Assembly: GCF_009834535.1 (NCBI RefSeq)
Contig: NC_045697.1
Location: 30,010,001 to 30,074,000, forward strand
Reading direction: 5' to 3'
Length of the DNA: 64,000 nt
DNA from: Camelus ferus
Taxonomy: Eukaryota
A program made the translations under genes and the position numbers. This document shows, piece after piece, positions 41,406-52,535 of the stretch; within the stretch, counting starts at the first letter, position 1, and every line of letters begins with the position of its first letter. The notes beneath the pieces were generated by a model, which was not told the DNA's origin, searched no databases, and saw nothing but the letters and a program-made list of their open reading frames with translations.

Positions 41406-42149
41406 TGGCTTGTTCTCAGTGGGTAAATAATCCAAGATGATTACTTGCATTTCCAAAGAAATTAAATACAAAACCATATCCAATTTAGATGTATACTTTT
41501 CAGTTAGTCATGAGTTCTCCCTTTTCCTGCTAGTCAAGCCTGACTTTTGTACAAGTCCTGGTTAACTTTTGACCTACAAGTAAACTACCTTAATTTCCAT
41601 AACTGGAATTTCTGCCTTCCTCTGGAGGGTCATGTCAGCTGTATTCACCCAGGCCATCTGACAACCTATTCTTCAGGGGCACTAACCAGGTCCTCGGTGT
41701 AGCAGCTGCAGGGTGCCCCTCTCAGCCCTGCCATTCCCCGCTCTCCCTTCTCCTGACGCAAAACCTGCATGTGCCTCGTGAGTTACAGCCACTCTGTCCC
41801 CACAAGGGTCGCCGCGCTGGGAAGTGTGTCAGAGGATCTGGTTAATTGATAGAAACAGCCGGCAGGGGTACTTCCTACAAAGGCACTGGCTCCAGTGGGC
41901 ATATTAGTCAGTTTAGACAGTTTCCAAAATTGCTAACCCAAAACTATTTGTTGATTTTTCCTTTCTACTGGGAGTGTGGAGGGACCTGCCTGAGCATCCC
42001 AGCAAATCTGCAGTGGGACATTCCAGTCTCTGTGGATGTCATTCACAGCCCAGATTTTAAGCAACAGTCTGGGAGAGATTAAATTGAGGTTTATCTTTGA
42101 GTGACTGGAGTTATTTCTGTTTTCGTCAGCTTGGACTCTTGTAATTAAT

Positions 42150-42656
42150 GCTAAGACACTGGCGGGAACAAGGCTTTTATTATAATACGAGGGTGAGGAT
42201 GGCTTTGACTGACCTTTCTTCTGCTGGAGTTTCAGTGTTTTAGTATGTGCTGCTTGCGCTGGAAAGAATTTATAATCACAGGCTGTCAAAGACCGCCATT
42301 GTTCTCACTGCTCTGAACATGTGGGTCAGCCACAAGTGCTTTCAGCTCCCCCAGCGCCAAGAGCTGGCCGAGAGCGAGAGCATGCCTGGATTCTTCTGAG
42401 GCATCAGGAAAAGCATTTTGCATATTTTTCATTGCTTTTTTTTTTTTCCCCTTTCACTTTTTGCCCCAGAAAGACAGCTCCCTTTCAGAGCAGGAATTTC
42501 CCTTCAAGGTAGCAGGAGATGGAAGCATGCTGCTCCAGGATTTTACGGAACTGATTCTGCTGCAAAAACGAGTGCTGTGTGCATTAGCCAGACAGCATAA
42601 ACAGAAGCAGTTGTGCGGCTGAGCTAGGGGCTGGGTCCCAGAACAGACATGCAGTT
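42150..42656 (+). promoter_or_regulatory. Putative internal promoter and 5' UTR of the short LIMCH1 isoform
   Basis: Repeat-free, somewhat CpG-retaining block directly upstream of the MDSERRVK ATG, with TATA-like tttataat near 42269; TSS cannot be located from sequence alone. Confidence 0.5.
42470..42508 (+). CDS. LIMCH1: Candidate 39-nt in-frame cassette microexon (KDSSLSEQEFPFK)
   Basis: Long pyrimidine tract ending ttgccccag, 13 open codons, aag|gtagca donor, phase 0/0 matches the host intron. Confidence 0.4.
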
Positions 42657-42680
42657 ATGGATTCCGAAAGACGGGTCAAG
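42657..42680 (+). CDS. LIMCH1: Coding part of an alternative first exon (MDSERRVK), phase 0 donor
   Basis: gttATGG strong Kozak context; ATG GAT TCC GAA AGA CGG GTC AAG|gttaag joins in frame to exon 43050; resembles an MDSERQVK-type isoform N-terminus recalled for human LIMCH1. Confidence 0.72.
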
Positions 42681-43049
42681 GTTAAGGTTTTAGTTTCTCA
42701 CTTTTGTTTTCATCTGTCATTGTATTCTTGTGAATCCAAGCTTGATGATCTTTTATCCTTACTTCCTTAGATTTTTGTTTAACATTGTGGAGTACAAGAT
42801 GCTTGGGGATTTTTTTTTTTTTAAATATGTGTGATTTTCTGATGGAGAAAGTTGCAGCAGGGAAGGGTTGAAGAATGAAATGTTGGCTTGTAGATGATAA
42901 CCAGTTTGGTAACTGGTTGCCGTAGCCTCTCCATACTGATTCTCTATGCAGGATTTTTTTGGAGACCACTGGAGATGGATTTTCCTGATATTTAAGCTCT
43001 ATGTCTGCTGCTGTAATGTCCGTAATCCTTTCGTTTTCTTTTCAAACAG

Positions 43050-43245
43050 GAGACTGATGACATTGAGAGTCCTAAACGTAGTATTCGAGACAGTGGCTAC
43101 ATCGACTGCTGGGATTCCGAGCGCAGCGACTCCCTCTCTCCCCCTCGACACGGCAGAGATGACTCCTTCGACAGCCTGGATTCCTTTGGCTCCCGTTCCC
43201 GGCAGACACCTTCTCCAGATGTAGTCCTCAGGGGAAGCAGTGATG
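43050..43245 (+). CDS. LIMCH1: LIMCH1 exon ([66 protein letters not shown]), 196 nt, phase 0 to 1
   Basis: Acceptor ttcttttcaaacag, donor atg|gtaggt, Ser-rich LIMCH1 sequence, CpG-rich relative to flanks. Confidence 0.97.
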
Positions 43246-46200
43246 GTAGGTTTGAGCCTTAATGAACTGCACATCTTAGAATTAAATGTTAACAAGAGCT
43301 GCCTTGTCACCGGCCGAGAGATTGGCACTGGGAGGGCGGACTTCATACCCACCTTGGTGGAACCTGGGAACTCTAAACTGGTAGAAAAAAAATCTCTTAA
43401 TGTTGTTTTTCGTGATCCTCAGAGTTTTGGTTGGCTTTGCCAGCAGTTTGTTTGAACCTTGCCTCAGTGAGCGTATCTTCTGTTGGAAAATGTGTTACAT
43501 CATTCCTCCGTTGGTCTCAGTGAATCCAGACGCTGTGCAGACCATTAGCTCATAGAGTGTGCTGAAGGTTTATGTGCTCCAGGTATGAGGAAGGGAAATG
43601 TTTGAGTGAGTATCACACTGTATAAGTGAAAATAGATCAACTTCCAGCAAACTGGAAACACCCTGCACACACTTATGAAAGCTCTGAAGCTTGGGATTGT
43701 GAAACTTTAATTGGCACGGTTTGGGCAATCTGTTCGATGCTTATGATCCCTGACCACTGGCCAGAGCGATGCAGGTGGCCACTAATGTTTAGAACACAAC
43801 CCAGACTGCCTGTTTTTCTGTGGCTGGATTTAATTTAAATCCCATGGATTTTATCTCACCTGAAAGGAATGGTCATTTGCCTTTACAAAAATGTATAGTC
43901 ATGCAACCTGATGTAAATTTAGTGCAGATTTTCCAGAAGCTGTTTACTTTACTTATCTTGCACCTTTGTGCTTTAAGAAAGGACAGTGGTTTGGCTCTGT
44001 GTGTATCAACTTGCAGAAAGAGGCTAAGCCTGGTGGGGAACTTTTTTATTTGTTTCTATTTCTTTTTAATGTATTGCTTGACCGAAGCTAATATTTCTAG
44101 ACACTTTAAGCCGTCTGTCTGAGATGAAAATTATCTTTTATAGCTAAAAGATCCCTTTCAGCTATAAAATGCTATGTTACCAAAATACTTGGGTATTTAA
44201 TGTGCCCTGGTCCTGAGTTAAGTACTCGACCCCTGGTATCTCATTTAATCCTCAGCACAGAGGATGAGATGCTCAGTATCTTACTTAGACCTCTCACAGG
44301 GCTGTGAAACACTTCTTATCCATATTTTACAGATGAATATTTTACGGATGAATCTTGAAGATGTTCAGTAATCATCCTAACATTGTTAAGTGCCCAAGTT
44401 CAGTCAGTAAGTAATGTAACAATGTTAGTCTCAAAAAAGTGAGTCCAAAACTTATGCCCTTAAGGCTCATTTACCCACACTTCTTTCTGTTTGGCTAGTA
44501 GATTTTTCAAATTCTACAATGACTGAACTAATGCTTTTGTTTGGTACTTAAACTTTCCAACAAATAGATTAGCCTCAGGGCAACATAGTATGTGACTCCT
44601 AAAGAATTCTATGGTGCATTGTGAACTGCTTGAAAAACATTTCTAAAATTTTACACGACGTCTTGAGTACCACCCACAGTATTAGAAGTTTCAATACCAA
44701 CTGCATGATCTAACTGAGCTTTAACATAACTGAAAGGGAGATTTACTGTTATAAAACATATCTTAACCAAACTGCTTCATCTATGTTATTTTGATTGTTT
44801 TTAAAAATTATTATTGTCTCATCCTAGTTTTTAATAACCAGTAATATAGATCCTTTATTTATTCTGTCACTAGCTTTGAGGGGTTCAGAGTTTATAATGA
44901 GCCACATCTTGAAGGCATTTGAGGTGGTCGTTACTAATATTGTACTAATATGTGCTGAGGCACAATTTCACTGCAGTTAAGATGATAAGTTAAGAGTCTT
45001 TTCATAACCGTTTTTTTCCGTGTAAAGTAAAACATGAAATTGAGCTTCACAGAACACCATCCATGAAACACAGAGTTTGCCCCAATCAGCCTGATACCTT
45101 CAGGCTTATGTTTTGGTAAACTAATCAAGATGTAATGAGGTTTTAAAGAAAAACAACACTTTTTTAAAAATCTGCCTTAGAAAAAAGTGAGATAATTTTA
45201 TCCAAATAGATGTTATATTTCGTTAGTTTATGGTATATTTTTAAGAGATGATAATCAAGAAGATTGCTAGTCCTAGTAAACACTTCCAAATTTAGAAGAA
45301 CTTTTTTTTTTAATTATTGAAAATTTATTTTCTAGGATTCACAATCAATTAGGGAAAGTCTCACCATGAAATTTTCCAGTTCTATTATTGGGTCAGTATG
45401 GAGAGTTTTCATTTTATTTTTATGGAGGCCCACTCACCCATTCAATAGGGACAACCGAGAGTCACATCAGGGAGTGCCGTGACTCTGTGCGTTGACATGA
45501 GAGCCATCTGGTAGGGAGGCTGTGAGTCCCAGGGTCCATTCAACCAGTCTGTCTTGCTAGATAGGTGCCCCGTTCCTCCTTCACCTTCACTGGCGTTCCT
45601 CCTGACGCCACTAATGGGCTTCACTGAAGAGGAGGTACAAAAACCTTCCACTCAGGTACTTTCAAAATTAAGAATGTATGTTATGAACATAATGCATTTT
45701 GTTAAATGAGTATTCTTATCTTTTATATAAATGATGAGATAAGGGAGAGAAATAAGAAATGAGAGAAATTAAAGTGCTAGAGGAAGGTGGAAAAGCAAAG
45801 GATGGCGGTGTATGTGGCCAAGATACGTTAAAAAGAAAGACCCCTACTGCTGGAAGGGAGAGACACGTAGCCCTGGGGAAAGGAGGGGTCAGACTTTGAT
45901 AAAAGGGTGTCTTTATCACCATGTGCAATGTTGGGCATAGATGGAGAAGCCACCCTAGTACGTTTTCATGTTTTCAGGAGGAAGTCAAAATCCTTCAAAT
46001 TCTTGGCCTGAGATAAGAAGCGTTCCAACACTTTTGGAAAGCGGATTGCACCAGCCACTACTTGGGTGCTTTATGCCAGCTACTTTAATCCCCTTGACAA
46101 CTTATGAGCTGTATTATCATCTCCTCGTTTCCAGTGAGGACCTGGAGGTACACAGGACTTAAATTTCACAGCAATTACACAGCTAGTAGAAGCTGGAGCT

Positions 46201-47154
46201 GAAATTAGACCCTGGTCTCTAAGTCCAGCGGGCTGCTCCTCTTGTAGCTGAGCCACTCTGCCTCAGGGCATCTGCAAATGTAACTTTTCTTGAAGTGTCT
46301 GTTGAAGACATTCACTAAGAGTAATTGGGGGGAAAAAAGGTGATCAGTTTGTGTGTTAAACAACCTATTTTGAGACTCTCACACAATATATTATGGATAA
46401 TATATTTTTGGATATTATACACAGATAAATTTCATAGATTATAGGATTTTTAGAACCAAGGGAACTGAGACAACTCTAATCCACGACTCAGCCTTCATGG
46501 TTGATTGAAGAATCATTTTCTTGCATTCATTTATTCAGTAAAGTGCAGTCCTTCCACTGGTCAGGATGCTTTAAGCAAAGGACATTTTTCAAGAGAAGTG
46601 TGTCACAGGGAAATGTTGGCCTGGAGTCTGGAGAAATTGGAGTCTTGAGCTGTTACTTACCAACCGTGGAGGAGGGGCTCTTTTGGCTTCTCTGAACCTC
46701 TGTTTCCATCTCTGTAAAATGGGGATAATATCAAACAGAAAACAAATCCAAGCTCTTGTCAAGGTAAGGTTGTTTATAAGGCAATACACATGGGGGCTCT
46801 AAATATTTTATTATGACACCAAGACAGATGTACCTGATAAAAGGCTTGGGGTGGGAAGGGAGCTAAGTTATGAATCAAAAACCAATGAGCAATGAAATGG
46901 TCAAAACTTCAGAAGGAGGGTTGAAAGCGAGTGGCATGAATAATTCATAAACTGAATATTTCATCTGCAACAATGAACAACTTGTTTATGGTCAATGCTT
47001 TTAACTTTTACAGTCTTTTTAAAGCCATCAAATCATTTAATCTCCAGGGCAAGTCATTTCATTCCTATTTTTGCAGAAAAGGACAGGCAAGTGTATTAGA
47101 GACAAACCTGGGCGCCCACAACTCATGAGTGACAGATCAGATACCAGAACTAGT

Positions 47155-47390
47155 CAGCGCTTGTTAGGCAATTACTCTGGGCCAAGTACTCCACCAATAG
47201 CTCTACATGTATCTCATCCTCCCAACAGCCCTGCGAAGTAGGTGATATTATTATCCTCACTTTTATAGGTTGGGAAACTGGGGCTTGGAGTGGCCAGGTG
47301 ACAAATGTCAAAGTAGCATAGCTGGTGAGAGGCAGAACTCAAAATCAAGTGTGTCTGACTTAACCCCCCTGCACTACGCACCCTGCTAAG
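47155..47390 (-). mobile_element. MIR SINE
   Basis: tcatcctcccaacagccctgcgaagtagg...attatcctcacttttataggttgggaaactggggct. Confidence 0.75.
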
Positions 47391-47939
47391 CGACCACATG
47401 TCTTGACTCGGTTTAAGGTTCTTTTCACAAATGTAAATAGGTCATTTTGTATTTGCTGTCAACCGAGTTGAATAACCTATTCATAATGCTCTCATTGATT
47501 AAGAGCTTTCAACCAGCATTCAAATGGCGGCTGCCTGTAATGGTAGTATGTGTTTTCATGACAGCTTCGCTCTAATGGATGTTAGCAATCTGATGAGATG
47601 AGATTCAGGAAACAAGGATGCAGTATAAGTAGTGGGGCTATTGCCCAACAAAAGACTGATGTTGGCAACACTGAATTCCTTTGCATTGTCTAAAACACTC
47701 TGTAAGCCAAACGAATTCAGTGATTCATCAGCTCATTTGAGGATGCCCACTGTGGGCAGAGACACTGTGATAAGTACCATGGAAGATGTAAAGCCCCTGT
47801 TCTCAAAATACAAGGTAGAAAGCATAATGTACCAGAAAGAAAAACTAGATCATCGGGCCATAGTGTTCACAGGCAAAAAAGATTGCCTCCAGCTCTGACT
47901 ACCAGGAAGGGCTCCGATGTAGAGGAATATGTGTTTATT

Positions 47940-48081
47940 TATTTATTTTTAATTAAGTTTTTTGTGGGGGGCGTAATTAGGTTTATTTATTTGTTTGTTT
48001 TTCAACAGGGGCACTGGGGGTTGAACCCAGTACCTCGTGCATGCTAAGCACAGCCTCTAATACTGAGCTATAGCCTCCCCC
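47940..48081 (-). mobile_element. tRNA-derived SINE, Vic-1-like (camelid)
   Basis: Reverse complement reads gggggaggctatagctcagt...gggttcaacccccagt...aaataaacctaattac with Pol III A/B boxes; TSD gaatatgtgtttatt (47925-47939) / gaatatgcatttatt (48082-48096). Confidence 0.85.
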
Positions 48082-48675
48082 GAATATGCATTTATTATAA
48101 GTGAAGCCACTCCCTGGAAGGCAAGCCCTTGGTGTAATCCGTATTGATCATTTTTCTAAATTCCTGTAGTTCTTCTGTGTCTGTGCTTCTTGATTATAAC
48201 TAATATTCTCCAGGTGTTTCATGAGTCTGTTAAAAGTATCTCAAAGACAAAGGATTACAAATCCTTTAGAATTCTTATGTGTCAGACTATCTAGCACGGT
48301 GTAAGACATGCAGCGACAGGTGCCGAGTAAACACTCCACTGGTAGGTTCACGTTTTTCCTTTTGAGAGTTGCAGGATCTGAATGGGGTGTGTAGTTCTAT
48401 TGCAGCTGTGTTGCTAATTGTAACCCTTGGCTACAACCAGGCTTACTTTTTTTTTTTTTTAATTTGACTTTTTTTTTTTTCCTGATTAGAATTGAGAGTT
48501 TTTCCCAGAATAGACTAATTTAGCCTGAGACTTTAGATTTATTAAGTGAATAATTTAAGGCAATAATCCCCGGAACCCACAGATTTAACCACATCCCCAA
48601 CACTGCAGACTTGCCATCTGGAACTTGATGGCTAGCCCAGCACACTTTCTCAGCACCCATCCTCTCTCTTCCCAG

Positions 48676-48928
48676 GGAGAGGAAGCGACTCTGAACCTGA
48701 CTTGCCACATCGGAAGCTGCCAGATGTGAAGAAGGATGACATGTCTGCGAGGCGGACTTCCCACGGTGAGCCGAAGTCCGCAGTGCCTTTCAACCAGTAC
48801 CTCCCCAACAAAAGCAACCAGACAGCCTACGTCCCCGCGCCGCTGAGGAAGAAGAAAGCAGAGCGAGAGGAATATCGGAAGAGCTGGAGCACTGCCACCT
48901 CCCCCCTGGGAGGGGAGAGGCCCTTCAG
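48676..48928 (+). CDS. LIMCH1: LIMCH1 exon ([27 protein letters not shown]...[18 protein letters not shown]), 253 nt, phase 1 to 2; start of DUF4757 region
   Basis: Acceptor ctctcttcccag, donor cag|gtaagg, corresponds to ORF 48702..48932. Confidence 0.97.
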
Positions 48929-49926
48929 GTAAGGCCTGGGCTGCGCCGCTGCCATCATGGCTGGTGCTACAGGAGCACGAATGAGCTCAAATAGCCATTT
49001 AGAACTTTGGTGTGAGGTTACAGATGGAGATGGGCAGGATGGATCTTAGGAGAGAGATTGTCATGATAGGATATAAGCTTCGTGAAGGCACTGAGAACAG
49101 TGCCTGGCACACAGTAGGTATTCAACAAATACTTGTTTAATGAGCAGATTTTTGAAACCAGCTCTATTGACAGGACACTGAGAACAGATCTGTCATCCAC
49201 GTCCTTCTCGGGAGACTGTTGGACTCCCACTCTTGTTAGATTAGATGCAGTAAGACCTTTTCATCTAGATGCAAGCTTATCAAGATTTAAGCTCAAGCAT
49301 TGTGGAATGGATGCGTGAACATGCTTAAGAGTCACATGTCAAAACAGTCATAATAAAATGGAAGACATATTGGACTTCTCAACTCTTCAGAGAAACAAGC
49401 AGAATTTCTCTCTAATCTCCGATTATGTTTTCATATTTATTCATCAAGTATGTATTTATTGATCATCTACTATGTGCTGGGTGCTTTTAGGCTTTGGGGA
49501 CCCAAAGGTAAATAAGATAGAGTCCCTGCCTTCAAGAAACTTATAGTCCAATAAAAGAAACTTAGAGTCTGCTCTAATCCTGTTAGCAAAACCACCCTGA
49601 TCATTGTATGGTTATTCCTTGGAGTCCACCTGTATATCTATGGTTTTCCATGGAGTAAACATTTTATTAAAAGCTATAATTCTTGAACAAAACATGGATC
49701 CTACCTTTCTGCCAGAGCTCTTAGTCAGTGTCGAGATAATGATGCCTTGTGTTAATCAACACACGGGTGCATTTCATTTTCTTCCTGTCACCAGGACCGT
49801 ATTGCATTCTATGACCCCCTTTATTTTTTTAAGTGGAAGTAATATCAGGATGAGCAGGAGATGACATGTGATCTGCTCCCCAGCCCAGTCTGTTAGTTTG
49901 GTCCCTTATGTTGTCCAACTCACTAG

Positions 49927-50193
49927 CTATCCTGAAACAATAGAGGAAGAGGCAAGTGAAGTGGGGTCTCCTTGTGAAGAGGACCCTGTCGGCCAGATGG
50001 ACCCTGGTGGGAAGCCTCCTGAAGGTGGGTCAGAATCTCCCAATGGCAGTGGTAAGGAGCAGCCTCCTCCCGAGGGTGCTGTGGCAGCACCAGCTCCCAA
50101 GTCTGAAGAAAAAGATGCTGCTGAAATCCAAAAGCGCAGAAGGCTAGAGCAAGCTGGAATCAAGGTCATGCCAGCAGCACAGCGCTTTGCCAG
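49927..50193 (+). CDS. LIMCH1: LIMCH1 alternative exon A (YPETIEEEASEVG...RRLEQAGIKVMPAAQRFA), 267 nt, phase 2/2
   Basis: Acceptor caactcactag, donor cag|gttagc, length divisible by 3, open in the frame set by the preceding exon. Confidence 0.88.
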
Positions 50194-51974
50194 GTTAGCT
50201 CTGCAGGCCAAGGGCTGGCCTGGCTGGCTTCGTGCATGTCTGGGGGTTTGGAATCTGTCTGATGTGATGGAGTTTCCATCTTGTTCTCCCACTTCCTGCT
50301 TTACCCGTTGCATCATTATTTCCTACTTGGAGCAAAGAGGCATAGCTAATAGTCTTTGCCTTCGGGCCTGTCTCCATTGAGTATTTGTTTATTGTGAATG
50401 GAGATGATGAGTGAGCTTCGTGCTGCTTGAGTAGACTTTGTCCTAGTCAGTTTGTGTGGTCGGTCATTTGCGGGCTGCAGGATTTACCTAGCAATAACAT
50501 CTTATTTTTCAATTGTTTGTGGCTTGTTAATTTTCACACTACTCCTAAATGGCTCTTATCTTACTTTACACGTCACTTGAAAAGAGTTCCTTTGGAATGG
50601 GGAGCACTCTCTTTAGAAAGAGTGGCTGGCTTACAAAAATCCACTTACTTTCTCTGTCCCAAGGGACTAGTAAGTAAGATTAGGTTTATTTGACTCATTT
50701 TCTAAAGCATGTTGATTCAAAAACAAAGAATGGAGTAATTACTTCTCTTAATTGTAACAAAGGCACTAGTATACAGTCCTGGTGGCCTCATATTACGTGT
50801 GAGATGGAGACCTTCAGCAATCAAAGTCACAGAGAACTATAGTTCTGCAGTTCTGTGTAGTGTTTTGGGAAGCTGATTATTTTTTCTCACATAATAACCA
50901 CAAAGATCCTAACAAATAAAAGTGAGACCAAAATTTATTTGGCAAACTGGAATTTATAACAGTTTGACAACTGAAATTCCTGTACCCCTTTCTGTTCCAT
51001 TTAATCCTGAAATGTGGGTGACATACCCATTTTCAAGCACAGTAAACTGAGGACTGGTGAAAGTAAGTTACTTGGCAGTCTCAGAGCTGGTTACCACTGA
51101 CCTGGTGGCCAGATTCAGATGTTCTGACCACAGCCCCACAGCTGCCTCCCACACATCTGACGGAAGGTCTTCCGTTTCTCTGTACAACTCCCTGTGTGGT
51201 TATTGCTGTGGTCTCGGTCTTCACTGAAAGTTCCAGCTCTGACTTATATGGATTTAATCTTAGAGTAGTTTTGTATTGATTAAAAAAAAAAAAACCCAAG
51301 GATATACTTCTTCCTGTCTGTGGTATCCCACAGATAGGCATGTCGGTCTTAAACATGTATGTGCTTCCAGAAAGCTCAAACATAAAATTGTGCTTGTGTT
51401 GTAAACCTCACTCTGAGTTTCTGAAATAATGAGGAGTAATATCATAGAATCTTAAAAACAGAAATACATCCAAATATTCTTTCAATTTGGGTTCAGAGAC
51501 CTTGTCAGACATTTGCTTTTTCTACATCATTTAAGCATCTATTGTATCAGAGAGCAAAGATGCTAGGAATACAAAAGTGAAGTATATTCTCTTATCAAAA
51601 TTTTTCAGACTTTTCCTGCTTCTATTTTCAAATTTAAGGCACAATGGAAGCAAGTGATAAGTGATATAGACAAATGTATGAATTTACAAAAAAATTTAAT
51701 CTTAATATCCTTGATACACACACCTTCATTTTTATCACATCCGTGACGTCTTTAAAACTGACCCAAGATGCCATCATCTTTATGATGTATTTTTTCTTGT
51801 TTTCTTGTTATTTTCAAAAATCGCCAATCCCCTTGATTTTTAAAATCCCATTTTAAGAAATTGATTTTTCCATAATTACTAACACTTTTGAATATCATGT
51901 CATATGGAATGGCTACTCCGGTTTCTTCTTCTACAAATTCCCTCATATCCTTTGCCACTTATTTTTTCATTAAA

Positions 51975-52535
51975 AAAAATATTGTGGTAAGAACACCTGG
52001 CCTGAGAGCTACACTCTGAACAAGCCTTTAACTGTACAGTGTAGTATTACAGATACAGTGTTGTACACCGAGTCTTTAGTGTTTATTCCTCCTGCTTACC
52101 TGAAACTTTATGCCTCCCTCAGCCCCTGGCAGCCACCATTCCGCCTTGGATTCTGTGTATTTGAGTGTTTTAGCTACTTCGTGTAAAAGCTGAATCATGC
52201 AGCATTTTTCTTGCTGTGACTGGCTTATTTCACTTAGATTAACGTCCTCAAGGTTCATCCATGTTGTCACATCTTACAGAATTTACTTCTTTTTAAGGAC
52301 GAATAATATTCCACTCTATGTATAGGCCACCTTACCCTTATCCACTCATCCCTTGACAGACACTGAGGTTGTTTCCACATCTTGGCTATTATGAATAACA
52401 ATGCAATAAAACGGGAGTGCTAAGATCTCTCTGGGACCCTGGTTTCCACTCTTTTGGATATATACCCAGAAGTGGGATTGCTAGATCACACAGTAGCTCT
52501 ATTTTTGACTTTTTGAGGAACCTCTGTACCATCTT
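51975..52535 (-). mobile_element. L1MA-like 3' end
   Basis: attgtggtaagaacac...gactggcttatttcactta...atacccagaagtgggattgctagatc; ORF 52076..52270(-) is L1 3'-like. Confidence 0.9.

Noticed and set aside
42999..43352. Antisense ORFs over exons (also 49927..50316, 61454..61717, 62963..63265)
   Set aside because: Expected shadow ORFs opposite GC-rich coding exons
44322..44351. 15-nt tandem duplication (atattttacagatga/atattttacggatga) and similar micro-duplications at ~27588, ~37387, ~41021, ~58888
   Set aside because: Two-copy slippage events; no array or spacer structure, so not CRISPR-like or satellite
49868..50380. 170-aa ORF as a standalone gene or extended terminal exon
   Set aside because: The core is exon A with good splice sites; the flanks are intronic read-through with no convincing nearby poly(A) signal
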